From the NCBI GenBank assembly GCA_010909165.1, contig VJWM01000118.1, positions 248,001-312,000 of the forward strand: a stretch of 64,000 nucleotides of DNA, written 5' to 3'. Numbering within the stretch: the first letter of the stretch is position 1; every line of letters begins with the position of its first letter. Below the pieces are notes generated by a model. It saw only the letters and a program-made list of their open reading frames with translations. It had not been told where the DNA came from and ran no database searches. Shown here one piece after another: positions 1 to 12,326 of the stretch. A program made the position numbers and the translations under genes. The DNA comes from Anthoceros angustus (Eukaryota > Plantae > Anthocerotophyta).

Positions 1-875
1 TGGAGTAGCGGGATGCCTAGATGGCAACATCACCACAGCCACAGTGCTAGAACACACAAGAGCATACAAGGCGGTCTTTGTCCTCTTCACGGACCTCGAG
101 GCAGCGTTCTAGATTGTGGAAATAGGCCTCGTTTCCAAGATCATCCACCTAACCCCTCTCCACCCCTCGCTCAAGGCTATGTGGTCCGAAATTGTTCGGG
201 GCGGCACGTCTCTTCAAGGGCCAAAACACCTCTGACGAGATCCTCATTTCCCGATGATTTACAAGAAGGCCACTATGTGCCCTTCAGAGAAGATACGGCA
301 ACTTGCATGGAAGACTTAAACACCTCCTTGGCCTTTGTCATTGCAAGATTCCTAGCATGCAAAGCTTCTTCCATAGATGACAACATGGCCTAGTTATTGA
401 GAAGCAAGTGTAGGAGGAGGTCCAGGCGAGGGCCATGCACATGTTCTTGAAATTGTATGTTGGGTGATATGTTGGCTTGGCTGCAGGCACTAGAGTGGTT
501 CCATGAATATCTATGTCAACTCATATTAACGAATTCACTCAAGTGAGTCTTTTCCCTCACATTTTACCTCATATGTTTAAAATTATATTTTGTATTATCC
601 ATTTTTTAATGTTCTTTTGCCCATCTCTACCTAGTAAATTATAAAATTAAAATAATCCATGCCTAGACCATGGCCAAGTCAGTCCATTCTCTAAGATTCT
701 TCTCAACCGGGTGGCTAGAAATATATGTTATTTTTGATATTTAAAATTCAAGAATATTAGAAAAGAAAATAGGATAAAGAAAATATTAGATTAGAATGAA
801 TGAGCTTATAAAGAGGGAGCTTATGTAGCTATTGGGTGTGGACAATTAACGCTCTTTGTTGTAGTTTTGGTTGCT

Positions 876-876
876 T

Positions 877-955
<79 letters not shown>

Positions 956-956
956 T
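876..956. repeat. (ATTT)n microsatellite
   Basis: About 20 perfect ATTT units read directly. Confidence 0.98.
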
Positions 957-987
957 GGATTGGTTGCTGAAAGCGATGTAGTCTAGC

Positions 988-1311
988 ATTTGAGGCCATA
1001 ACATCTATTAAAAGAATTGTTCGTAAAATAATTTTGTCAATAGAAGAATCGATGGGGACTAAGCTTGTAGAAGCATCTTTGAATGAAGAAGAGAGAGATG
1101 AATGTCCCATATGTTTCGTGAGCTCGAGGAAAATATAAGGGTGGAGAATTCTCATTATAGATGTTCTCAATCAAGTTTCATGGGTCTTGTCTTAACACTT
1201 GGGTCACTTATTCGCAATTGGACTTGCCCTATATGTAGACAACCTCTTACATGCACTCACTCTAGATTTTACATCAATATCAGAAGATTCTTAACTTCAT
1301 TCTCTTCATGA
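988..1311 (+). pseudogene. Frameshifted RING-H2 zinc-finger (E3 ubiquitin ligase-like) gene remnant, copy 1
   Basis: Joining frames gives EEERDECPICF / ELEENIRVENSHYRCS / KFHGSCLNTWV / NWTCPICRQPL, matching C-x2-C...C-x-H-x2-H-x2-C...W...CP-x-CR. Confidence 0.8.
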
Positions 1312-2936
1312 TCCCATATGTGTCTATAACATTTATTACGAGCTTCTCAACCGATTCAATTTTTTCACGGGTTTATGATGCTAATTCCGACGGTTATTTA
1401 TGAAATATTTGCTAACCAATTATTTTAAGTGGGTTTACGTAGCTTGTCCTATCCTAGTTTGAGCAATTTATAGATGCAATTTCCATAGCTCTTTAGGCAA
1501 GCCTCGTGAGACTAGAGTTTATTACACATTGTAAGTTGAAGCATGAAAGATATTTGACATAATATATCGAATATTATTTTTTCAATATAAAATCTTGTTA
1601 AATCCATTAACTAAATCTGTGATTTTAGCCTTAAAATCTCAATTGATTGATAGGCGATTTCTCATGTTTTTGATCTCATGCGATCCAAATAAGTCTTACG
1701 TAGATAAGATTGTAACAATAACATGAGGTATGATTTATTGTTCTTGGGATGACAAACCCGTGCCTCTTTTTGCGTTCTTGAGCTAATCACAAAACGGGCA
1801 CATATGGTGAGTTTGATGATGTGAGGTAAGATGGAATTACACAGGTAGCGGGATGCCTAGATGGCAACATCACCACAGCCACAGTGCTAGAACACACGAA
1901 GAGCATACAAGGCGGTCTTTGTCCTCTTCACGGACCTCGAGAACGCAGCGTTCTAGATTGTGGAAATAGGCCTCGTTTCCAAGATCATCCACCTAACCCC
2001 TCTCCACCCCTCGCTCAAGGCTATGTGGTCCGAAATTGTTGGGCGGGATCACGTCTCTTCAAGGGCCAAAACACCTCGGAGATCCTCATTTCCGATGATT
2101 TACAAGAAGGCCACTATGTGCCCTTCGGAGAAGATCTGACAACTTGCATGGAAGACTTAAACACCTCCTTGGCCTTTGTCATTGCAAGATTCCTAGCATG
2201 CAAAGCTTCTTCCATAGATGACAACATGGCCTAGTTATTGAGAAGCAAGTGTAGGAGGAGGTCCAGTGAGGCCATGCACATGTTCTTGAAATTGTATGTT
2301 GGGTGATATGTTGGCTTGGCTGCAGGCACTAGAGTGGTTCCATGAATATCTATGTCAACTCATATTAACGAATTCACTCAAGTGAGTCTTTTCCCTCACA
2401 TTTTACCTCATATGTTTAAAATTATATTTTGTATTATCCATTTTTTAATGTTCTTTTGCCCATCTCTACCTACCGTAAATTATAAAATTAAAATAATCCA
2501 TGCCTAGACCATGGCCAAGTCAGTCCATTCTCTAAGATTCTTCTCAACCCGGGTGGCTAGAAATATATGTTATTTTTTGATACTAAATTCAAGAATATTA
2601 GAAAAAGAAATAGGATAAAGAAAATATTAGATTAGAATGAATGAGCTTGTAATTATCATGTATCAATCGTAGTTGTGACAAACACGTTTTGAGTAACTAT
2701 GGTTGGGCATGGTCCATGGAATTTTGTAGACAGACTCTTGGCCTGGGAGTTGTGGTGACCCAAACCAAACTTTTTGGCTCGTCATGGTAAGTCGGGGTGA
2801 TACACTAGACTCGACAAGTTATATCATTTAAAAGTGCTGTGATATCGAGAGCGGATTGGGAAGAGCTTATAAAGAGGGAGCTTATGTAGCTATTGGGTGT
2901 GGACAATTAACGCTCTTTGTTGTAGTTTTGGTTGCT

Positions 2937-2937
2937 T

Positions 2938-3016
<79 letters not shown>

Positions 3017-3017
3017 T
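2937..3017. repeat. (ATTT)n microsatellite in the second array unit
   Basis: Read directly. Confidence 0.98.
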
Positions 3018-3048
3018 GGATTGGTTGCTGAAAGCGATGTAGTCTAGC

Positions 3049-3372
3049 ATTTGAGGCCATAACATCTATTAAAAGAATTGTTCGTAAAATAATTTTGTCA
3101 ATAGAAGAATCGATGGGGACCAAGCTTTTGTAAGCATCTTTGAATGAAGAAGAGAGAGATGAATGTCCCATATGTTTCGTGAGCTCGAGGAAAATATAAG
3201 GGTGGAGAATTCTCATTATAGATGTTCTCAATCAAGTTTCATGGGTCTTGTCTTAACACTTGGGTCACTTATTCGCAATTGGACTTGCCCTATATGTAGA
3301 CAACCTCTTACATGCACTCACTCTAGATTTTACATCAATATCAGAAGATTCTTAACTTCATTCTCTTCATGA
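3049..3372 (+). pseudogene. Frameshifted RING-H2 gene remnant, copy 2
   Basis: Near-identical to 988-1311 with the same frameshifts. Confidence 0.8.
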
Positions 3373-5056
3373 TCCCATATGTGTCTATAACATTTATTAC
3401 GAGCTTCTCAACCGATTCAATTTTTTCACGGGTTTATGATGCTAATTCCGACGGTTATTTATGAAATATTTGCTAACCAATTATTTTAAGTGGGTTTACG
3501 TAGCTTGTCCTATCCTAGTTTGAGCAATTTATAGATGCAATTTCCATAGCTCTTTAGGCAAGCCTCGTGAGACTAGAGTTTATTACACATTGTAAGTTGA
3601 AGCATGAAAGATATTTGACATAATATATCGAATATTATTTTTTCAATATAAAATCTTGTTAAATCCATTAACTAAATCTGTGATTTTAGCCTTAAAATCT
3701 CAATTGATTGATAGGCGATTTCTCATGTTTTTGATCTCATGCGATCCAAATAAGTCTTACGTAGATAAGATTGTAACAATAACATGAGGTATGATTTATT
3801 GTTCTTGGGATGACAAACCCGTGCCTCTTTTTGCGTTCTTGAGCTAATCACAAAGCGGGCACATATGGTGAGTTTGATGATGTGAGGTAAGATGGAATTA
3901 CACAGGTAGCGGGATGCCTAGATGGCAACATCACCACAGCCACAGTGCTAGAACACACGAAGAGCATACAAGGCGGTCTTTGTCCTCTTCACGGACCTCG
4001 AGAACGCAGCGTTCTAGATTGTGGAAATAGGCCTCGTTTCCAAGATCATCCACCTAACCCCTCTCCACCCCTCGCTCAAGGCTATGTGGTCCGAAATTGT
4101 TGGGCGGGATCACGTCTCTTCAAGGGCCAAAACACCTCGGAGATCCTCATTTCCGATGATTTACAAGAAGGCCACTATGTGCCCTTCGGAGAAGATCTGA
4201 CAACTTGCATGGAAGACTTAAACACCTCCTTGGCCTTTGTCATTGCAAGATTCCTAGCATGCAAAGCTTCTTCCATAGATGACAACATGGCCTAGTTATT
4301 GAGAAGCAAGTGTAGGAGGAGGTCCGGTGCGAGGCCATGCACATGTTCTTGAAATTGTATGTTGGGTGATATGTTGGCTTGGCTGCAGGCACTAGAGTGG
4401 TTCCATGAATATCTATGTCAACTCATATTAACGAATTCACTCAAGTGAGTCTTTTCCCTCACATTTTACCTCATATGTTTAAAATTATATTTTGTATTAT
4501 CCATTTTTAATGTTCTTTTGCCCATCTCTACCTAGTAATTATAAAATTAAAATAATCCATGCCTAGACCATGGCCAAGTCATCCATTCTCTAAGATTCTT
4601 CTCAACCCGGGTGGCTAGAAATATATGTTATTTTTGATATTTAAAATTCAAGAATATTAGAAAAGAAAATAGGATAAAGAAAATATTAGATTAGAATGAA
4701 TGAGCTTGTAATTATCATGTATCAATCGTAGTTGTGACAAACACGTTTTGAGTAACTATGGTTGGGCATGGTCCATGGAATTTTGTAGACAGACTCTTGG
4801 CCTGGGAGTTGTGGTGACCCAAACCAAACTTTTTGGCTCGTCATGGTAAGTCGGGGTGATACACTAGACTCAGCAAGTTATATCATTTAAAAGTGCTGTG
4901 ATATCTGAGAACGGTGGGAAGATTCCCTCAAAACGTTGGAAGAGAGGAGTGCTGGAATATTCAATTATTTAATAAATATAGAATTCAGAATGACTAGAAA
5001 AATATGTGAAATACATGAAAAAAATGATATAATACATCGAGGTGGTAAATCATATA

Positions 5057-5404
5057 CCGTACCCCAAGAGGTGATTCGGCGTTAATTAATTAAAACTAGT
5101 AAAAGTTGAAAATCCAGAAATTATTATATTTAAAATGTTGAATAGGTAAAAATTTATGAGTTTATGATGTCGAAAATAAGGAAACTAGGGTTTGTGTGGA
5201 AAATTAGGGCCTATTTAGGGAGATCTACTCGTATCATTAGTTTTATATATATACCTATATATTTTAATAAATGTTGAAATTTGATAAAATTATTTTTTGT
5301 AAATATTGAAATTTTAAAAAATATAAATATTTATGTTGAACCTTGTTTTTTTCAAAAAGTAATTATTTCGGCATTATCCTGTTGAACCACCCCTCGGGGT
5401 ACGG
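5057..5404. mobile_element. 348-bp MITE, Tc1/mariner (pogo/Tc2-like) type
   Basis: TIRs CCGTACCCCAAGAGGTGATTC and GAACCACCCCTCGGGGTACGG (3 mismatches), TA on both sides (5055-5056, 5405-5406), AT-rich non-coding interior. Confidence 0.8.
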
Positions 5405-6145
5405 TATACATTTATTTTTTCAAATTATTTTTAGATTGAAAAAGCGACCATATTTGAGGAAAATGAAAAACCACTCAAAAGAGCCTATCTCGATCTGGAA
5501 TTAAGGAAGTAATTTTGTGATTTTCTGTATGGGAGGAATGCACAAAAGGAATCCTGAACCCACTCGAATACAAGTTTGGCACTGAGGTCATATGTGAGCT
5601 CAAGGGCTCCAACGGCCTCAGACACCTTCCACTACTCGTATTACATGCTCATAGCTGCTACAATAACACCCGATCGTGCACGCTTGCACGACTAAAACCT
5701 TAAACTCGTCTCGATTTCTAGCCAAGTTATGGCAATATTTTATGTTGTTGTAATCCAAATCAAACAAACAAAGCAATCATTTGTAACATGTGAAGGGGGC
5801 TTTATAAGAAGATATGACACACGTGATGTGGTGCAGAATGGAGAAAGCGATGACTACAAAGAGGATGGCCATAACCATGTTGCCTGCAAATTTGTTTCTG
5901 ATGATATATGAGGCGTATGAAATCTGTTTGCTATGAAACAACTTGCTTTAGATACGCTTTGGAATGGACTTTCAAACAACCTGTGTTTTCATATTTTTCC
6001 CTAGCAGCTGGAGAAAGGTCTCAACAATTTCCGATATGTGCACCACAAACTTGGAGAACACTAAAAAAGGTCTGTGCATCTGGACTCACTCTCTCACGTT
6101 GCAATCGCTAAAAACTCCATGCTTGTACCATATGCTACTCACACC

Positions 6146-6312
6146 TGTAGTATGAATCCCAGCTGTGTTCAGATGACCATGTAGTATGAATCACAGCCGT
6201 GTTCAGAAAACCATGCACTGTGAATTCCAGCTATGTTTAGGGCTGATGCATTGTGAATCCCAACTATGTCTAGGGTTGATGCACTGTGAATCCAAGCTAT
6301 GTTCAGACAACC
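6146..6312. repeat. Minisatellite, 5 diverged copies of a 33-34-bp unit
   Basis: Core TGAAT(C/T)C..(A/G)CT(A/G)TGT repeated head-to-tail, e.g. TGTAGTATGAATCCCAGCTGTGTTCAGATGACCA. Confidence 0.85.
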
Positions 6313-7358
6313 CTAAATGCAGCATACACCAGATCATTCACAAATTCTTGAGGCTAGAAGATGTCGGTTGCTATCCATAGATCAAATGCATATATGCTAT
6401 TTGTGTTGATCACATTGTCTTTTCATATGGGACACCTTAGGTTCGCCCCTTTCTCAACTCTATCGGCACAAGTTGCACAACAAGCCCTGAGACCCGTGGA
6501 CTGGATGAATGTTGCTACTTTTTCTTGTGTACTGAACACACATCATACAACTGCCCACTTATCATCTCAAGAATAATTTCGGGCAGGTACCTACCGGTAT
6601 CCCTGGAGCCCCATCTATTCTCCTTGCAAGTTGCATACAATGATGCAGTGTAACAACTGTACAGTACTAAAATAGTTCATTTCTACTCATTTCTTTCCTC
6701 CAGACTCAACAACAAATGAATGGCCCATATAATCTCCCGTCCACCCCTCATGATCACCACCACTCTCTTGCTCACCCCTCACGATATACTCATACCATTC
6801 TTATCCCTCTTAACCCTTATAGAACCCTAGTATAGAATCCTAGCAATTTATTCCTTCCTAAGAGAATATCCTATATAAGAGAAGAGAATAATATGAGTGT
6901 TTTAAGGTTTTTTTAGATGATGGAACTATCCCATGGTGATGAGGTTTTGCTAGTGGGAAATTTTTGTGAAGGCAACTATTTTATGATGGCTTACTAATGT
7001 CGCCAAAATTTTTGGGCGCGTGGAATTCCTTTGTGTGAGGTCTTAAGCGTGAGAGCACTTGATGACGAAGTGATTGAATGAGTACAACTTAGCTAAAATA
7101 TTGTAATACATATATGGCAATTCGATGGACGATACAAAAACCTATGGATATGGGAAAGATGAGGTGTGTGGGTATGGATGTTGCCGCTAGAAGCTAGAAT
7201 GCTTCCATCTCTTCTCAAGGAATGCTCGGTTACCATATCCCTCTCTTCTTGGGAACTTTATAAATGGGATCCCTTCCTTAGTGGGACCTCAAATCTCACG
7301 CAAAGTATATAGGAATAATTGAGATAAATTTTAAATAGTAATTGAGAAGAAAATTAAC

Positions 7359-7444
7359 TAAATTAGATTAAAACATTTAACATAGTTGTACCTCCCAAAA
7401 TATTAAATTAAAATTCAATAAAATATACATTATAATCAAAAGTA
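7359..7444 (+). repeat. Left copy of an 86-bp direct repeat flanking the chromovirus-like element
   Basis: TAAATTAGATTAAAACATT...AATCAAAAGTA matches 48966-49051 with ~6 substitutions. Confidence 0.9.
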
Positions 7445-7815
7445 AGCCTCCCTTTGAAAGGAGATGAGGCTAGCCGTAGAAGGGGGCATCCTATGATCCT
7501 AGCATGGGGAGCTATACTCTTGTGAGGATAGGACTTTGGTGCCTAGAGGCATTGGGAGCCTAGAGTGTAAGCGTGCTAGAGGAGAGCTGTTGCGGAAGAG
7601 ATCGAGAAGAGAGAGCTAAGCTCCTAGCTTAGGCAAAGATGGGGAGCTCTCTTTGATCTCTCATGTATTCTTGTTGACTCTTCTTTGGAATAAAATAAGC
7701 GTTCTTGCGTCTGGTCATGGAAAAGTGGAAGGGCGGGCTGTGGAGAGCCTAATCTTTGGTGTTCGGTGATGTTTTTGTCTTCATGAGCGCCCCACCTCGT
7801 GAAAAGGGGTGTTAC
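7442..7815 (+). repeat. 5' LTR of the chromovirus-like element
   Basis: GTAAGCCTCCCTTTGAAAGGAG...AAAAGGGGTGTTAC, homologous to 48557-48965 and followed by a PBS. Confidence 0.9.
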
Positions 7816-7818
7816 TTG

Positions 7819-7829
7819 TGGTATCGAGC
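7819..7829 (+). promoter_or_regulatory. Primer-binding site, tRNA-iMet type
   Basis: TGGTATCGAGC, close to the canonical TGGTATCAGAGC, just after the LTR. Confidence 0.85.
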
Positions 7830-7867
7830 TCAAGGTTGAAGCATCTTTTAGCTAGGCGCTAGGGGAG

Positions 7868-8870
7868 ATGGCCGATCTGAAGAGCGGGCGGAGAGAATCT
7901 GGCGGAAGAAGAAGGCTCCTATGGTGGAGGCCATGATGGATGAGCCTCGGATGGAGCCACTAATTCACAGGCAGCGGGCGATACCTGGGCGAGACCATCA
8001 CCATGCCACAAGAGGAGCTTCAAAATCTTTTGAGGAGAATGGAAGCTCTAGAGCAACAAGTACGAGGAAAAAGAAAGCTCGACGAAGCAGAGAAGGATGA
8101 TGAACAGGAAGAATTGGAGCCTGGTCCAGAAAAGAGTAGAGCAAGGAGACCCAAGAAGTTGAGGTTAAGCGTTTAGCCCCCACATAGGTATGAGGGTGAA
8201 CGAGATGTGGAGAAAATCAATTCGTGGTTTTTCTCATTGGAAGGATACTTTTACATGAGTTCAGGAAGAGTATCTAGATCACATCGTTAACTTCTTAGAA
8301 GTGCGCTCTTACTTGGTGGAGAACTTATGTTGAGTATTGAACAAGGTAATAGAGTGGAAACTATTTCCACAGGCGGTCAAAGATGCCTGCAACTTCAATT
8401 CCGACCAACTAATGCATCTATCTTTGGCAAGAAGGATGCTAGAGAATGTGAAGCACAGAATGTTGCGGCAATGTGAGTGAATTTAGACTGTGTTACAATG
8501 CCACGATATGCGGAGGTGGATAAGCTCCACAGTTTTATAGTGGACTCAAAGGTGGGCTCTGGATAGAATTCAAATGACAAAACCTCAAACTCTGCGAGGC
8601 TATTGTGGCTGCGGATGCGATACGACACAAGTCGTCGTGAGGAAGCACCAATGTCTTTCAGGAAGGTATCCAAGATCTTTTCAAGGAAGATCACGAGGTA
8701 GAGGAAGAGCCACCAACGGGCATATTGGAACAAATGATAATGTTGGTAGGCGGAGGAAGAGGAGAAATAGAGGTCGTGGCCGTGGAAGCCAAAGGACGAC
8801 AGGCCCTCAATTTGGTGCGTGCTTCAGTTGTGGAGCAAGGACACTTTGCGAAAGATTGTCCGCATGCTGG
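7868..8870 (+). pseudogene. gag: Degenerate gag
   Basis: RYEGERDVEKINSWFFSLEGYF (~8187) and a frameshifted CCHC knuckle CFSCG..GHFAKDCP (~8820-8863). Confidence 0.8.
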
Positions 8871-9029
8871 GAATTCCCAATTGAATGTGATAGCCGCCAA
8901 TCCTCAAGCTCCGGGACTTAGGATTCGAGCTTCTGAGCCCAAATGGCGGTGGCCACATGTTGTGGTGACGGATGTGGTGAGTCATCTAGTGTCAAGGATG
9001 ACACTATTTTGAGGAAGGTGGAGCCCTTA

Positions 9030-10366
9030 TGTATATATGTGGAAAGATGAATGGCTTAGAAGTAGAGTTATTGTTGGACTCGCCACCCACAATTTTATAA
9101 CTCCTTGCAAAAAGAGCTTGGGCTAGAATGGGCTAGTACTTCCGCCATATGGAATCAAGCAAGCTAAAGGAACTCGCTTTTCTTGGGTGAATTGCATGGA
9201 GTAAAGATGCAAATAGAAGCGTGGGAAGGATACATGAGTTTGACAGTTGTAGACATGAATGACCATGATGTTATCTTAGGTCTAGAGTGGATGAAATCCA
9301 ATGAAGTGCGTGTAGATGTGAAGTCCCGCACCATTGACATATTGAACGATGGAAAGCACAAGGTGGTTTGTGCTAATCTTAGTCAGAAGCTTGAGATGTG
9401 CTCAGTACAGTTGATTTCAAAAAGAGAGCTCAAGCAGGACATAAGACAAAAGAAGGAGCTCTATTTAGCTATGCTCCAGGGATTAGAGGATGGTCTTGAG
9501 GAAGAATCCTCAGAAAAAAAAGACATCCCGAAGAAAATACAAGCTGTCTTGGATGATTTTAAGGAATTGATGCCTAATGAATTGCCACCTTTACCATCTT
9601 GCAGAGTAGTAGATCATGAGATTGAATTGAGGCCAAAGAGTACGCCTCCGTCGAGAGCACCATATAGATTGTCGCAGGATGAGCTGCAGGAACTCAGGTG
9701 ACAACTATCCAACCTGCTGGCAAAGGGATATATCAGAGTCTCTAAGTCTCCTTTTGGTGCGCCGGTATTGTTTACGCGCAAAAAGAATGGAGGACTTAGG
9801 ATGTGTTTAGATTACAGAGCTCTGAATCAAATTACAAATAAGAATGCGTATCCTTTGCCAAGAATGGATGATATGTTTGACAGGTAGAAGACAGCCAAGT
9901 ATTTCACCAAGCTAGATCTGATGGCGAGGTACTATCGGATCAGAATCGCAGAGGGACATGAGTACAAAACAGCATGTAGGACGAGGTATGGGGCTTTTAA
10001 ATTTTTAGTCATGCCATTTGGACTTACTAATGCACCTGCCACATTTCAGACACTTATGAATACTATATTCATAGATCTGGTGGACAAGTGTGTTGTAATT
10101 TATTTGGATGACATATTAATCTTTAGCCATACTTTGGAGGAACATGCTGAACACTTAAGAAGTGTTACAGGCTAAGAGAATTCTTTGTTCTTGACAATTA
10201 AGAAGTGTGACTTCGTCAAGACATAGGTAGTTTTTTTAGGCTTTATTGTCTCTGTTGATGGCATCAGAATGGATCCTTATAAGGTGAGGGCCATTCAAGA
10301 TTGGCAACCTCCTAGGAACATTCATGAGGTTCGCAATTTTATTAGTTTGGCTTCTATGTACAGGAG
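9030..10366 (+). pseudogene. pol: pol 5' part (aspartic protease and RT), cut by element A
   Basis: [70 protein letters not shown]; ends [10 protein letters not shown] at the insertion; contains in-frame stops. Confidence 0.95.
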
Positions 10367-12326
10367 TGTGGACAAGGGAAGAACGGTAGACTTCGCCTTA
10401 GGAAGGTAATAGGAGTTAATTTGTTTTTTTGGGTGTTTGGTGTGAGGAATAAGGCGGTAAAGGAAGAAAATAAGGCTGTACGGACCTGATCATGATGGAC
10501 GGGGAAGACGTGAGGAAGGGGCCTCATTGGACAACGTCGGGAACTCTGGAGCGACTCCGGAGGAACTTCGGAGTGACTCCGGAGGAGACTAAAGTGAAGT
10601 CCGATGGAAGGAGTGAACGGGGAACGGGCATGGAGCGTAATTTGGCAAGCAGGACAAGTGGGCCAATGCCAGAAGTGGATGGCCCGACATGTCTGATGGA
10701 CCAGGACCCGCAGGCTATTAGCATTTGTTATAGGCAGGTAACCACGACCCAAGGACATGCACCAAGAAGGCGGCGGGCGTGAAGTTGCAATACACGATGC
10801 AGGACTCGGCAATTCTAGCGGCGAAGGACACCTTCCCTAGCAGGTCGCCCACATCTGCGAGAGAAGGTCATCTTCTCGGACGACTTCGGCGATTCTCCTG
10901 ATCACTGCGCTCAGGCACTCCGCTCTTTGGCGCTTTCTCTTCCGAGGTTCGAGCGCGACCTTCGGCTCCTTCCAACGCGTCAATTTCTCCGGGGTTCGGG
11001 AGCGCGTGAAGCATCTGTACTTCTCAGCAGTTCTCTACTTGCGGGCACTCCGCTCTTTGGCGCTTTCTCTTCCGAGGTTCGAGCGCGACCTTCGGCTCCT
11101 TCCAACGCGTCAATTTCTCCGGGGTTCAGGAGCGCAGCGGAGAGCATCCCAACCCGCCCTACCTCAGCAGCAGAACAAGCGGCGAGCACCCATGGGATCC
11201 AAGAAAGCGGTAGAGGTCTTGGAGCCCTGGCGCCTGGTGGAGCGGAACATAGTGACCATGCGCTATCTTGATTTCGGCCCATGGCTTATCGAAGCGGGCG
11301 AACTTGTGTAGGAGTGGCACTTGGACATCTTCCAGGCGGTGTGGACCTACGACAGTGTGGCGCTGGTCCGGGAGTACGCTCGGAAGATGTTGGCAGTGGT
11401 GAGCAAGGCCGTCCACTCGAAAAGTTTGAGGGAGGACCCGAGGCGATGGACAATGGAGGTTCTTCGCGCGGTGTACAACCGCCCAGCAGAGGAGGTTGAA
11501 GCCGTAGTGCCAGAGCCCCTAAAAGTAAAGGGGAGGTTGGAGGCAGCCAAGGTGGCGCCGTTGAAGCCCAGGACTCAGAGATCCTACAATGGATGGATGA
11601 TGTCGGACCTATTAGACCGGCGGGTGAGGGCAATGGCAAAAATCATCGTCCACTGGAACATGCTGACCAAGATGGACCACATGGGGGATAACCTGCTGGT
11701 CTTCCTGCACGCCCTCCTGAGGGGCAAGAGGGTGGACTGGGGGCGAATTATCTTCACCCATATAGCCCAGGAGGCTCGGAAGCTGCGCAACGAGTGGCCT
11801 CCCCCTTTAGCGTTGTCCCCTTTCATTTTGCATGTCTGGGGACACCACAACCTCCTGAAGAAGGAAGAGGAGGAACGCGCCCTCCGATAGGGGTTGGCCA
11901 CCTTACCAGAGGGAGAGCAGGAGGGGGGAGCGCAGGACCCGGATTGCCGACTGGTCGAAGGGACCAAGACACAGTGCGTACAGGAAGAGGAAGACTGGGA
12001 GGGCATTCCGAATGCCATCCGCCTGGAACGGACTCCATCCCCTCCAAGGGAAATCTGGGAAGAAATCCCCTCTTCCCTTCATCTGGTGCCACCAACGGAG
12101 CAGCAGTCCCCAGCGGCTGCTACGACCGGGATGGAGCTGTTACCAGTAGCTCCGGTGGTGACAAGGTCCGCTCCGGACCCTCCCGTCGAGCCCCATGACA
12201 GGGACGGAGGCGTGATAAAGAAGGCGCCAGCCCACCACCCCACGGTGGCCTCCGTGCCTGCCCATGGGATCCAAGAAAGCGGTAGAGGTCTTGGAGCCAC
12301 AGGCGCTGATGGAGAGGGACGCTACC
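10367..12326 (+). mobile_element. Element A (giant solo-LTR-like, Athila-like family), segment 1
   Basis: Starts TGTGG like B, C and D, exactly where the host RT frame breaks; its 5' region and ORF are homologous to the LTRs of C and D. Confidence 0.8.
11006..12326 (+). pseudogene. LTR-embedded accessory ORF of element A (best-preserved copy; Athila accessory-ORF-like)
   Basis: ORFs 11006-11311, 11321-11890 and 11894+ share one frame split only by two TAG stops: ..EPWRLVERNIVTMRYLDFG..VALVREYARKM..DNLLVFLHALLRGKRVDWGRIIFTHI..PLALSPFILHVW. The true start codon is uncertain. Confidence 0.8.

Larger units (their letters stand above)
1..4922. repeat. Tandem array with a ~2061-bp unit (two full units, ~803-2864 and ~2865-4922, plus a partial unit starting before the window)
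   Basis: GTAGCGGGATGCCTAGATGGCAAC recurs at ~5, ~1846 and ~3907; identical ORFs are offset by 2061 bp (1102/3163, 1884/3945). The first unit lacks ~220 bp and is joined at a GAGCTT microhomology (802-807). Confidence 0.95.

Noticed and set aside
13-393. Repeated ORF at 13, 1884 and 3945
   Set aside because: No recognisable domain; recurrence reflects the tandem array and frames differ between copies.
2856-3047. Hydrophobic membrane-protein ORF (IYLF)n
   Set aside because: Mostly a translation of the ATTT microsatellite; not a standalone gene.
5205-5221. Telomere-like TTAGGG/TTTAGGG motifs
   Set aside because: Only 2-3 scattered copies, not an array.
6146-6312. Possible CRISPR array (33-34-bp periodicity)
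   Set aside because: Units are head-to-tail with no unique spacers, there are no cas genes, and the context is eukaryotic.
11321-11890. True retroviral envelope gene
   Set aside because: No evident signal peptide, transmembrane anchor or fusion-protein features.
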